NCBI GenBank assembly: GCA_044229975.1
Contig: JBGARZ010000008.1
Span: forward strand, 367,408-431,407
Source of the DNA: Polyangiales bacterium
GTDB lineage: Bacteria; Myxococcota_A; Polyangia; Polyangiales; Ga0077539
Reading direction: 5' to 3'
Length of the DNA stretch: 64,000 nucleotides
The notes under the pieces were generated by a model. It saw nothing but the letters and a program-made list of their open reading frames with translations. It was not told the DNA's origin and made no database searches. Below are positions 46,919 to 56,053 of this stretch, in pieces; within the stretch, counting starts at the first letter, position 1; the number at the start of each line of letters is the position of its first letter. Both the position numbers and the translations under genes were made by a program.

Positions 46919-49153
46919 ATGGTGGACCGTCGCTGGTCGGTGGGCGTCGCGGCGCTGCTCATCGGGTGCATGGCCGATGAGCGCGTGGCTTCCGTCGCGG
47001 AGGGCATCGCCATCGCGGGCCCGTGGCAGGCGCCCGCGTCGACGCGCGCCGTCGCGGCCACGCAGCGGGTGACGGTGGTCGATCCGCCCGCGGTCTCTCC
47101 GCTGGGGCGGTGCACGTCGACCAACGCTTTTGCGTGCTCGTGCACCCACCCGGCGTGCACGCCCGCGTACCCCGGAACGCGCGACCTCAACGCGTACCTC
47201 CTCCGTCGCTTCACCTTCCTGCGCGCGGGCGGCACGTACTGCTGCCGACAGAACAGCGCCGCGACGCGGGTCCCGACCTTGTCCGTGCACGCGACGGGTC
47301 GGGCGATGGACCTGATGGTTCCGATGACGGGCGGCGACGCGGACAACACGCGCGGCGACGAGGTGGCCAACTGGCTCGTCGAAAACGCCGCATACATCGG
47401 CGTCCAGCGCGTCATCTGGGACCGCGCCTACTGGAACGGCGAGCGCGGCTTCGGCCTGCTCAGCGCCGCATCGCTCCCACACACCGACCACCTGCACGTC
47501 GAGCTCAGCCTCGCGGGCGCCGCGCGCGAGACGCCCTTCTTCACCTCCGGCGCCTCCATGGGAACGTCCTGCACCGCGCGCTGCGACGGCACGCGCGTCA
47601 TCCAGGCCGACTGCTCCTCGGTCGACTGCGCGGCGACGGGCGCGCCCTGCCTCGCCGGGATGCCACCGCGCTGCGGCGCCACGCCACCGCCCGAGCCCGC
47701 CGAGGCGATGGCGGTCGCGGGCGCGGTGGTTCCGTCGGTGAGCGCGAGCGCGGCGGCGGGTCGGTTTACGTTCGTGGGGCCGAGCCGTCTCTTCGACACG
47801 CGCACACCGGAAGGCAGCGCGCGCGTGGTGCGCTCGGGGGCGGCGGGTCCGCTCACGTCGACCTCCAGCGCGACCTTCAGCGACTGGGCTCCGGTGGGCC
47901 TGCCGACGGGCGCGACGGGCGTGTGGCTCAACGTCACGGCCATCGGTGTTGGTGGTGCAGGGTTCGCGACGGTGTTCGCCGCGGGGCAGCCGCAGCCGCC
48001 GACGTCGACGGTCAACTACGTGGCCGACGGGGCCAACGCCAACGCGACGCCCGCGGTGCTCGGAGCGGGCGGCGGCGTGACGGTCACGGCGCTCAACCCG
48101 GCGCACGCGATCGTCGACGCCTACGGGGCGTTTTCACCGACGGGCGCGGGGCTCGCGCCGGTGGGTCCGGTGCGGGTGCTCGACACCCGATCGGACGTCG
48201 CGCTGGTGTCCAACGTGCCGCGCCCCATCGACGTGCGAGCGCCCGCGGATGCGGTGGGCGTGGTCGCGAGCGTGACCGTCGTCGCGGGTGCGGCGGCGGG
48301 CTTCGTGACGGCGTACCCGTGTGGTGTGGCGACGCCGCCGACGAGCAACCTCAACTTCGCGCCGGGCGCGGTGGTGACCAACACGGTGGTGTCGCGGCTC
48401 GGCGGCGGGCAGTTGTGTCTGCTCTCCAACGTCGAGGCGCACGTGATCGTCGACGTGACGGGCATCCTCACGCCGTCGAGCGGGATCACGTACACGGCGC
48501 TGTCGCCGCAGCGGCTGCTCGACACGCGGCAGACGTCGTCGCTGTACGCGGGGCGGCTCGGGGTGCGGCAGGTGATCGAGCTGCCGATCCAGCGGATGCC
48601 GGGGATGCCGGCGAGCGCCGTCGCGGTGGTGGCCAACCTCACGGCGGTGGGAGCGACAGGCGCGGGCTTCGTGACGGCGTATCCGTGTGGGGCGGCGGTT
48701 CCGGGGACGGCGTCGCTCAACTACCCGGCGGACACCGCGGTGGGCGCGGTGACGGTGTCAGCGCTCGGCGGCGGGTCGCTGTGTGTGTTCACCAACGGGC
48801 GAACGCACCTCATCGTGGATGTGCTCGGCGTGTGGAGCGGAGCGTCGACGGGACCGATGACGCCGCCGGACATGGGCGACGATGGGGACGATGTTCCGCC
48901 GGAGGGGACGGACGCGGGCGTCGTGATGACGACGGACGTCGGCGTGGATGCGGGCACGGATGCGAGCGTGGATGCGGGCGTGGTGGTGGCGACGGACGCG
49001 GGCACGGATGCGGGCGTGGACGCGGGCGTGGTGGACGATGGCGTGCTCAACGGCGGCTGCGGATGCCGCGTGGGTGGGCAGCGGTCGACGAATGGGGCGC
49101 TCGCGACGGCGATGGTGTTGGCGATGGTGGCGCGACGGCGGCGGCGACAGTGA
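46919..49153 (+). CDS. Surface protein: M15/LAS-like peptidase domain, three R(L/V)(L/F)DTR modules, MYXO-CTERM
   Basis: Lipobox-like LIGC, SVHATGRAMD...HTDHLH, three ~120-aa repeats, C-terminal GCGC...hydrophobic...RRRRR. Confidence 0.82.
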   Translation: MVDRRWSVGVAALLIGCMADERVASVAEGIAIAGPWQAPASTRAVAATQRVTVVDPPAVSPLGRCTSTNAFACSCTHPACTPAYPGTRDLNAYLLRRFTFLRAGGTYCCRQNSAATRVPTLSVHATGRAMDLMVPMTGGDADNTRGDEVANWLVENAAYIGVQRVIWDRAYWNGERGFGLLSAASLPHTDHLHVELSLAGAARETPFFTSGASMGTSCTARCDGTRVIQADCSSVDCAATGAPCLAGMPPRCGATPPPEPAEAMAVAGAVVPSVSASAAAGRFTFVGPSRLFDTRTPEGSARVVRSGAAGPLTSTSSATFSDWAPVGLPTGATGVWLNVTAIGVGGAGFATVFAAGQPQPPTSTVNYVADGANANATPAVLGAGGGVTVTALNPAHAIVDAYGAFSPTGAGLAPVGPVRVLDTRSDVALVSNVPRPIDVRAPADAVGVVASVTVVAGAAAGFVTAYPCGVATPPTSNLNFAPGAVVTNTVVSRLGGGQLCLLSNVEAHVIVDVTGILTPSSGITYTALSPQRLLDTRQTSSLYAGRLGVRQVIELPIQRMPGMPASAVAVVANLTAVGATGAGFVTAYPCGAAVPGTASLNYPADTAVGAVTVSALGGGSLCVFTNGRTHLIVDVLGVWSGASTGPMTPPDMGDDGDDVPPEGTDAGVVMTTDVGVDAGTDASVDAGVVVATDAGTDAGVDAGVVDDGVLNGGCGCRVGGQRSTNGALATAMVLAMVARRRRRQ

Positions 49154-49189
49154 TGACGACGGCGCGCGACTGAGGCACCGTCCGCGCGC

Positions 49190-49813
49190 ATGAAGGCACG
49201 CCGACTCGCCGTGACGGCGTTGCTGCTCATGCTCCGCTCGATCGACGCGCACGCCGATCCGCCGCGTGATGCCGCGCGCGAGGGCCTCATGCTCCGCGTC
49301 GCCCTGGGCCTCGGCTACCTCGCGCTGCGCGGCGACGACACGCCGTTGCAGGCGTCGGGCGGGTCCTTCGTCACGCACATCGCGGCGGGCTGGTACGTCG
49401 TCCCCAACGTCGCCGTGCACGCCACCCTCTGGAGCCACTCGGCCTTCAACCCGACCGGGACGAGCGCCATGGGCTTCGCCACCGAGGCCCGGCAGAACAC
49501 TCCCTCCATCAGCGGTCGCGGCCTCGGCGTCACATGGGTGTTCGCGCCGGTGCAGGTCTTCGTGAGCGCCTCGGCGGGGCTCTCGTCGGTGTCGATGGAG
49601 AACACCGCGTCGGACATCGTCGTCGTGTCGAGGGCCGACCTCGGCTACGCCTTCGATGTGCTGGTGGGCAAGCAGTTTGGCGGCGCGAGCGGGTGGCGCT
49701 TCGGCGTCGCGCTCGAAGCCTCGCTGCACCGCAACGGCGTCACCACGCGCGGCGTCTTCGACGACGTCACCAACGGCGCCGTCGGGCTCTCCGCCACCCT
49801 CACCTACCACTGA
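49190..49813 (+). CDS. Small outer-membrane beta-barrel-like protein
   Basis: Signal ending AHA-D, alternating amphipathic strands, C-terminal LSATLTYH. Confidence 0.7.
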   Translation: MKARRLAVTALLLMLRSIDAHADPPRDAAREGLMLRVALGLGYLALRGDDTPLQASGGSFVTHIAAGWYVVPNVAVHATLWSHSAFNPTGTSAMGFATEARQNTPSISGRGLGVTWVFAPVQVFVSASAGLSSVSMENTASDIVVVSRADLGYAFDVLVGKQFGGASGWRFGVALEASLHRNGVTTRGVFDDVTNGAVGLSATLTYH

Positions 49814-49971
49814 CCGCCGCGACTCGCGACGCGTGAGTCATCACGCGTCACGCGCGGACCGACTGTCGCGCCGCTTCGTGGACGCCACTCCGCGGACCTG
49901 CGTGCACATTCGCGGAAGCGTCGCGCGACGACTCCCGCTTACGATGCGCGAACCCCATGCGAAGGCCCGTC

Positions 49972-52869
49972 ATGAAACACCTGCGACCGTTCTCGTCGAT
50001 GCTGTTCTGTCTCGCCGCGTGCCTCGGCGCAGCGCCCGCGATCGCGCACAACGTCACCGTCGACGGCAACGCCGCCGACTGGTTCACGCGCGAAGCGACC
50101 TCCGACAACCTCGGCATCATCGCGCGCAACTCGACCAACCAGGGCGAGTACGTCTGGCGCGACGCCGCGGCCGACACGCGCACCGACCTCGCGGCCACGG
50201 AGACCGTCGCCGACCTCACGCGCGTCCGCGTGACGGGCGACGCGACGGGGCTGTCGTTCCTCGTCGTGCTCACGAGCTCGACGGCGACGACGGCGGTCGA
50301 CCCGGTGCAGATCCAGATCGCCATCGACACCGACCAGGTCAGCGGCTCCGGGCAGGTCAACCTCGCGGGCTTCGCCGACACCACGGTGCCCGCGACGGCC
50401 GCGTGGGAGTACCTCGTGCAGACGCAGTTTCGCACCGGCACCCAGGCGCGCGTGCTCGGCACCACCTTCGCGACGGTGGGCGGTCCGCTCCCGGTCGGCA
50501 TCACGAGCGCGACCAACACCACGGTGGAGATGACGGTCCCGTGGGCGCGCCTCGGACTCTCGGGGCCGCCCGCCACGCCGCTGCGCTTCACCGTCGCGAC
50601 CTTCCGCGAGCGGTCGGACGGTGACGTCGTGGCGATCGGCGACCCGTCGGTGCCCAACGCGCTCGACGTGGTGAGCGACTACAACGCCCCGCGCGCGTCG
50701 GCGTTTCCCAACACCTTCACGGAGTTCTCGACCGCGGGCGACCAGGCCATCGGGTACAGCTTCGACGTGTACTTCGGCGCGGGCGGTGAGCCCTACGCGC
50801 CGTTGCAGGTGACGCGCTACGTCTCGCAGGCCGCGAGCGACGCGGCCAACGGCGGCGACTGGATCGCCGTCCGCAACGTCACCCCCGCCCCGCTCTCCCT
50901 GGCGGGTTATCGCGTGACCGACGAGGAGTCCGTCGGGCTCGGCGAAGGCGCCGTGAGCCTGCCCAACGCCACCGTGCTCCCGGCGGGCGGGGTGTTCGTC
51001 CTGTCGACGAGCGGAACGAGCTACACCGCGCGCTACGGCGAGCCCGCCGGCGGCGAGTGGGCCGCCACCGACACGACGCCCGACCTCGCGGCGTACGGGC
51101 TCTGGGCCACCGGCACGATGACGCTCGCCAACGCGGGCGACGAGGTCATCGTGCTCGACCGTTCGCACACCGCGGTGGACATCGTGGTGTACGGCAGCGG
51201 CGCCTACGCAGGCGTCACCGCGACGACGCCGCCGCCCGCGGCCAACACCGCCGCGTCGCGCAACCAGTCGACCTTCGCGGACACCGATAGCTGTCTCGCG
51301 GACTTCACGACGTCGACCGCGCTCTGCGCCAGCGACTCGGACTGCGGCGGCTGCGGGCAGTGCTCGCTCAACGTGTGCGTGGTGCGCGCGGCGGGCTTCA
51401 CCTGTCGCGCGAGCGCGGGCGACTGTGACGTGGCGGAGGTCTGCGACGGCGCGGCGATGGCGTGCCCGGCGGATGGGTTCCGCGCGATGACGGCGGTGTG
51501 CCGCGCGAGCGCGGGCGTGTGCGACGTCGCGGAGAACTGCACGGGCTCGGCGGCGGTGTGCCCGAGCGATGTGCTCGTGGCGTCGACGACGGTGTGCCGC
51601 GCGGCAGCGGGATCATGCGACGTGGCGGAGAGCTGCACCGGGTCGGGCGTCGCGTGCCCGGCGGACGTGCTGCTGCCTTCGACGACGGTGTGCCGCGCGA
51701 GCGCGGGTGTGTGTGACGCCGCCGAGAGCTGCACGGGGTCGGGCGCGACGTGTCCGGCGGATGGGTTCCTGCCCGCGACGACGGCGTGTCGGGCGAGCAG
51801 CGGGGACTGCGACGTCGCGGAGAGCTGCACCGGGTCGGGCGCGGCGTGTCCGGCGGATGGGTTCCTGCCTGCGACGACGGCGTGCCGGGCGAGCGCCGGT
51901 CCGTGCGACGTGGCGGAGAACTGCACCGGGTCGACGGGCGCGTGCCCGGCCGACGTACTCGCGACGACGGCGACGGTGTGCCGCGCGAGCGCGGGTGCGT
52001 GTGACGTGGCGGAGACCTGCGACGGCGCGGCGGCGGCGTGTCCCGCGGACGTGCTCGCGACGGCGGCGACGGTGTGCCGCGCGAGCGCGGGGGCGTGCGA
52101 CGTGGCGGAGAGCTGCGACGGCGCGTCGACGGCGTGTCCCACCGACGGCTTCGTGGCGGCGGGGACGGCGTGCGCGGACACGATTCGTTGCAACGGCGAC
52201 GAGACCTGCAACGGGTCGGGCGCGTGCTCGGCCGGAACGCCCGTGACCTGCGCCGCGTCGGGCAACCCCTGCGCGACCAACGCGTGCTCCGAGTCGACGG
52301 GCGCGTGCGCGCTGACCAACGCGGCCGAGGGCGCTTCGTGCGGCGACGGCAACTCGTGCAACGGCGACGAGCTCTGCAACAACGCGGGCATGTGCCTGGC
52401 CGGGACGGCACCGGCGGATGGCGGTCCGGTGTGCGCGGACGGTGGCGCGGACGACGTGGTCGACGCGAGCGACGTGGTCGACGCGGACGACGTAGTGGAC
52501 ACCGACGTGGTGGATGCGGGCGACGACGTGGTGGACACCGACGTGGTCGACGTGGACGCAGCGGACGCCGAGACGGGCGACGTCGCCGACGCGACGGACA
52601 CGGACGTGGCCGACGCGGGCGCGACGGACGCGGGTGCGGTGGATGCGGGCGCGACGGACGCGGGCGGCGACGTGGGCAGCGTCAGCACGGACAGCGGGGT
52701 GACCGCCGACGTGCAGACGGCGACGGACGACGGCGGGGTGGATATGCCGCCAGCGAGCGAGGGCTGCGGCTGCCGCACGACGGGCACCGGGTCGAGCGGC
52801 CGCGGGGCGATGGGCGCGCTGCTGGTGGTCGGGGCGGTGATGGCGACGCGTCGTCGGCGCCGGAGCTGA
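49972..52869 (+). CDS. MYXO-CTERM surface protein with DOMON-like and lamin-tail-like domains and 8 disintegrin-like repeats
   Basis: Signal peptide, VDGNAADW, DWIAVRN..LSLAGY..LANAGDEV (LTD-like), 8 x 32-aa CRA..G.CD.AE.C.G....CP.D, Asp-rich linker, GCGC...RRRRRS. Confidence 0.85.
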   Translation: MKHLRPFSSMLFCLAACLGAAPAIAHNVTVDGNAADWFTREATSDNLGIIARNSTNQGEYVWRDAAADTRTDLAATETVADLTRVRVTGDATGLSFLVVLTSSTATTAVDPVQIQIAIDTDQVSGSGQVNLAGFADTTVPATAAWEYLVQTQFRTGTQARVLGTTFATVGGPLPVGITSATNTTVEMTVPWARLGLSGPPATPLRFTVATFRERSDGDVVAIGDPSVPNALDVVSDYNAPRASAFPNTFTEFSTAGDQAIGYSFDVYFGAGGEPYAPLQVTRYVSQAASDAANGGDWIAVRNVTPAPLSLAGYRVTDEESVGLGEGAVSLPNATVLPAGGVFVLSTSGTSYTARYGEPAGGEWAATDTTPDLAAYGLWATGTMTLANAGDEVIVLDRSHTAVDIVVYGSGAYAGVTATTPPPAANTAASRNQSTFADTDSCLADFTTSTALCASDSDCGGCGQCSLNVCVVRAAGFTCRASAGDCDVAEVCDGAAMACPADGFRAMTAVCRASAGVCDVAENCTGSAAVCPSDVLVASTTVCRAAAGSCDVAESCTGSGVACPADVLLPSTTVCRASAGVCDAAESCTGSGATCPADGFLPATTACRASSGDCDVAESCTGSGAACPADGFLPATTACRASAGPCDVAENCTGSTGACPADVLATTATVCRASAGACDVAETCDGAAAACPADVLATAATVCRASAGACDVAESCDGASTACPTDGFVAAGTACADTIRCNGDETCNGSGACSAGTPVTCAASGNPCATNACSESTGACALTNAAEGASCGDGNSCNGDELCNNAGMCLAGTAPADGGPVCADGGADDVVDASDVVDADDVVDTDVVDAGDDVVDTDVVDVDAADAETGDVADATDTDVADAGATDAGAVDAGATDAGGDVGSVSTDSGVTADVQTATDDGGVDMPPASEGCGCRTTGTGSSGRGAMGALLVVGAVMATRRRRRS

Positions 52870-53038
52870 CGAGCGTGGGTTGAGGGCGCGTCGGGTTGAG
52901 CGATGCGCCCGGCGACCCTGACGGTGCCCGACCCCGGGGCGCTGACCACCTCCCCAATCGATCGATGCAGCGCGGTACCTCGGCGGTGAGTTTGGAGCCG
53001 TCGGCGTCCGCGCGGTGAAGCTCTGGTACCGTCGCCCG

Positions 53039-53473
53039 ATGCGCTCGCCGCTCTTCGTTCTTGTTCTCGCGGCCTGCTCTGCGAGCGGCGGCGAGAACCC
53101 CGTGGTCACCGACGCGGCGAGGGAGGTACCCGTGGCCACCGACGCTGCGAGGGACGCACCCGCGGTCACCGACGCTCCGTGGCGAGAGCTCGAGATCGGG
53201 GAGCCCTTCGGTCCGTGCCTCAGGTCGGAGCATTGCAGCACCAGCGCCGCGCCCGTGTGCCAGAGCTTCATGGTGCGCGCTGGGCGGACGACGTCGATGT
53301 GCCTCGCGCCTTGCACCACAGACGCGAACTGTCCGACCGGGAGCGCTTGTTGGCAGCCGACCGGCGCTGCGTCGTCGTACTGCTTCCCGCGATGCCAGGA
53401 CGACACCAACTGCCGCTTCGGCTGGGAGTGCCGTTACTTTCCCGGCGTTCCGCGCATCTGTCTGATCCGGTGA
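53039..53473 (+). CDS. Small Cys-rich lipoprotein
   Basis: MRSPLFVLVLAAC lipobox, VTDAAR linker repeats, multiple Cys. Confidence 0.7.
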   Translation: MRSPLFVLVLAACSASGGENPVVTDAAREVPVATDAARDAPAVTDAPWRELEIGEPFGPCLRSEHCSTSAAPVCQSFMVRAGRTTSMCLAPCTTDANCPTGSACWQPTGAASSYCFPRCQDDTNCRFGWECRYFPGVPRICLIR

Positions 53474-53480
53474 CGTGACC

Positions 53481-53532
53481 GGGGCCTACGCCGCAGCGTC
53501 AGCGCGGCGCGCGAAGGTCGGGGCCCGCAGTC
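53481..53532. repeat. REP-like unit, direct copy of 55829-55879
   Basis: GGGGCCTACGCCGC(A/G)GCGTCAGCGCGGCGCGCGA shared with 55829. Confidence 0.85.
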
Positions 53533-53537
53533 TTCGG

Positions 53538-53756
53538 CCTCACCCGGAGGGGCGCTCTCGTTCACGCCCGCAGTCGCCGGACTTACCCGAAGGGACGCGC
53601 CCGCCCACGCCCGCAGTCCTCGGGCCTCGCGTTCGTCGCAGCTCCGAGCGAAGGACAGCGTCGACGGAAGGGTCGGATCGGCAGCGTGGGCGGGCGCGTC
53701 CCTTCGGGTAAGTCCGGCGATTGCGGGCGTGAGCGAGAGCGCCCCTCCGGGTAAGG
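53538..53756. repeat. Long palindromic element, about 70-bp arms
   Basis: ACCCGGAGGGGCGCTCTCG...CCCGCCCACGC (53542-53610) is inverted at 53684-53752 with about 2 mismatches. Confidence 0.9.
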
Positions 53757-54004
53757 ACGCGTTGGGCGAACGTGTCGAAGCAACGCGCAACGCCACGATG
53801 GCGACGCGTCGTCGCTGACCGCGGTCTGATTGAGCTTGCTGCGCAGATGAGAGGGCCTGCCGGAGCACTCGGAAGGCCCGCCGCGGGCGACGGAAGGCAT
53901 CGGTGACGCTCTGGCGGGTCTGCGGCGCGCTTGCCGGACGTCGCGGGAGCGTCCGACAAGCGCCACGCGCGTCCGACAAGGCTTACGGGTGGTGCCGGAA
54001 GGCG

Positions 54005-54739
54005 TCAGGTCGTCGGCGGAGCGGCTTCCGTCTTGCGGGCGGCGCGGCGAGCGAGGCCGAGGAGGATCAGGTGATCGCGGCGACGGATCACCGCGCGTGC
54101 GATCTCGGACCACTCCTTCCACCACGCGTGGAGGGCGCCAAGCGCGGCGGCGCGGGCGCCATCGTCGACGGGCGCGGCGGCGGGCGGCGCGTCGGGCGAC
54201 GACTGGGCCTTCTTCACGAGGGCGCGGAGTTCGGCGAGGCGCTCGGGGCCGTAGCCGCGCTGGGCGACGAGGTCGAGGGCCTTGCGGTCGTCGGCGCGGG
54301 TCTTCTTGCGCGCGGGGTCGTTGGCGAGCGCGTCGAGGCGGCCGAGGAGCGTCGCCACGACGATGACGGCCCCGGCGCCCTGGGTGGCCTCGACGCCGTC
54401 GAGGACGAAGGCGGCCTGCTCGGGGAAGCGTCGCCCGAGCGACGCGCGGAGGATGCGAACGAGCGGCTCGTCGGCGGCGTCGAGCTGCACGATGGCAGAG
54501 CGCACGGACTCGTCGATGGGGGCGGCGAGCGCGGCGCCGGGCGCGGCGGCCTGCGGGTTGAAGCCGGACGCGGCGTGGAGGAGGCGCCAGCCCTCGCGAT
54601 GGTCGTCGTCGGAGTAGCCGCGGGCGGCGAGGGTCGCGCGAATCGCGAGGTGGGTTCCGAGGGTCTTGAGCAGGCGGATGGCGCGAGTGGGCGCCTCGTC
54701 GAGCACCTGGCGGCTCGGCGCAGTGTCGGCAGTGGTCAT
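54005..54739 (-). CDS. Alpha-helical hypothetical protein
   Basis: GGAGGG SD, 244 aa, RGYS...EGWRLL and W.EWSEIAR..I.RRD.LI.LGL motifs. No family recognised. Confidence 0.75.
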   Translation of the reverse strand: MTTADTAPSRQVLDEAPTRAIRLLKTLGTHLAIRATLAARGYSDDDHREGWRLLHAASGFNPQAAAPGAALAAPIDESVRSAIVQLDAADEPLVRILRASLGRRFPEQAAFVLDGVEATQGAGAVIVVATLLGRLDALANDPARKKTRADDRKALDLVAQRGYGPERLAELRALVKKAQSSPDAPPAAAPVDDGARAAALGALHAWWKEWSEIARAVIRRRDHLILLGLARRAARKTEAAPPTT

Positions 54740-54911
54740 GGGGTTCCCTCCGGTGCGCGGCGGTGAAGAGAGTCCGCGCGATGGTAGGGAGAATCAGCGA
54801 GGGGAGACGAGCGGGGCAAGCGAAACCAGTCGGGCGGTGGCGGGGAGCGGGGATCGCGAGGTGACTCGGGGACTCCAAGCACTCGCAAGCGAGGCTGGGA
54901 CGTCGCGATCG

Positions 54912-55709
54912 TCAGTGACGACAGTAGCCACGTTCCCAAGGATTAGTCGGGTAGCAGTCGAGCCCCGGACAGCAATCCGACCGACGGTCGCAGCGACCTT
55001 CCGAGCAACAGGTCCCATCAAGACACCTCCCCTCGCCGCACTGGCTCTGGCTAGTACACGGCCCCCCTAAAGGGGCGCGGCAGTAATTCACGTCGGTGCC
55101 GGCCGGCCGCACTGCACAGTAGTACGGTCTGTGGCAGCAGTTGGGGGGCGTACGTTCCGAAGTGCCGAAGGTGCAGGCATCACCCACGGTGAGAGCACAC
55201 GCCACGCGACAGGCACCGACTGAGCACTCTTCCCCGACCCCGCAGGCATGCCCGCAGGCGCCACAGTTCGCGTCGTCCCACAGTGTGTTGATACAGCGCC
55301 CTTCGCAGAGCATTTCCGACGTCTCGCACTGACAGGTCCCGTCGATGCATCGCTGACCCATGGTGCAAGCGTTGCCGCACGCGCCGCAGTTGGCGTCGTC
55401 CGTCGCGATCGTGACCTCGCAGAGATTGGCGAGCGTTCCGTCGCAGTTCGCGTAGCCCGGGAGGCAGGTCTCCGGCGCATCGATGACGGCCGCGTCGTAC
55501 CCGCAGGCGCAGGCGCCCGGCGTCCCATCCGCCCCACAGAACAGCACGCTGATCGTTCCGCCAGCACACTCGCACTCTATCTGCTCGCCCGGCAGACATC
55601 TCGTCGGCCGCGAGGATGCCAGGTCACGGCACCCCATGAGGAGCGCCGCGGCGACCACCAGCAGCCCCGCGAGGGTGTTCGGGCGCACGGCCCTCGCTGT
55701 CGTCGTCAT
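54912..55709 (-). CDS. Cys-rich lipoprotein with atypically low GC3
   Basis: GGAG SD, lipobox LMGC, DDANCGACG repeats, many A/T-ending codons in the 3' half. Confidence 0.78.
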   Translation of the reverse strand: MTTTARAVRPNTLAGLLVVAAALLMGCRDLASSRPTRCLPGEQIECECAGGTISVLFCGADGTPGACACGYDAAVIDAPETCLPGYANCDGTLANLCEVTIATDDANCGACGNACTMGQRCIDGTCQCETSEMLCEGRCINTLWDDANCGACGHACGVGEECSVGACRVACALTVGDACTFGTSERTPPNCCHRPYYCAVRPAGTDVNYCRAPLGGPCTSQSQCGEGRCLDGTCCSEGRCDRRSDCCPGLDCYPTNPWERGYCRH

Positions 55710-55807
55710 GCTCGTGTCTCCGTTGGTAGCTGGCGACGCCCCACCGGTTCACATCTCGCGACGACGCTACGCCCATGGGCGACGCGTCGTCACGCATCGA
55801 TGCCGCG

Positions 55808-55980
55808 CCGGTCAGGCCCGCAGTCGGTGGGGCCTACGCCGCGGCGTCAGCGCGGCGCGCGATGGTCAGGTCCGCGGTCCCTCGCGCCCGCTGGACTGGG
55901 GTTTGGGCGTTGGCCCGCACCCCACGAATGACTGCGACCCCGACCACCGCGCGCCGCGCTGACGCCGCGGCGTGGGCCCA
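55808..55980. repeat. Inverted pair of REP-like units (REPIN-like)
   Basis: 55829-55879 and its reverse complement at 55930-55980. Confidence 0.85.
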
Positions 55981-55989
55981 ATAGCCGAA

Positions 55990-56020
55990 GGGCCCCGGCA
56001 GCCATTCGCCACCGGAGCCC
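55990..56020 (-). terminator. GC-rich hairpin downstream of nrdJ
   Basis: Minus strand GGGCTCCGGTGGC-loop-GCTGCCGGGGCCC followed by TT. Confidence 0.5.
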
Positions 56021-56053
56021 TCCTCTCAGCCGCTGCCGTCGCAGCTCACCCGA

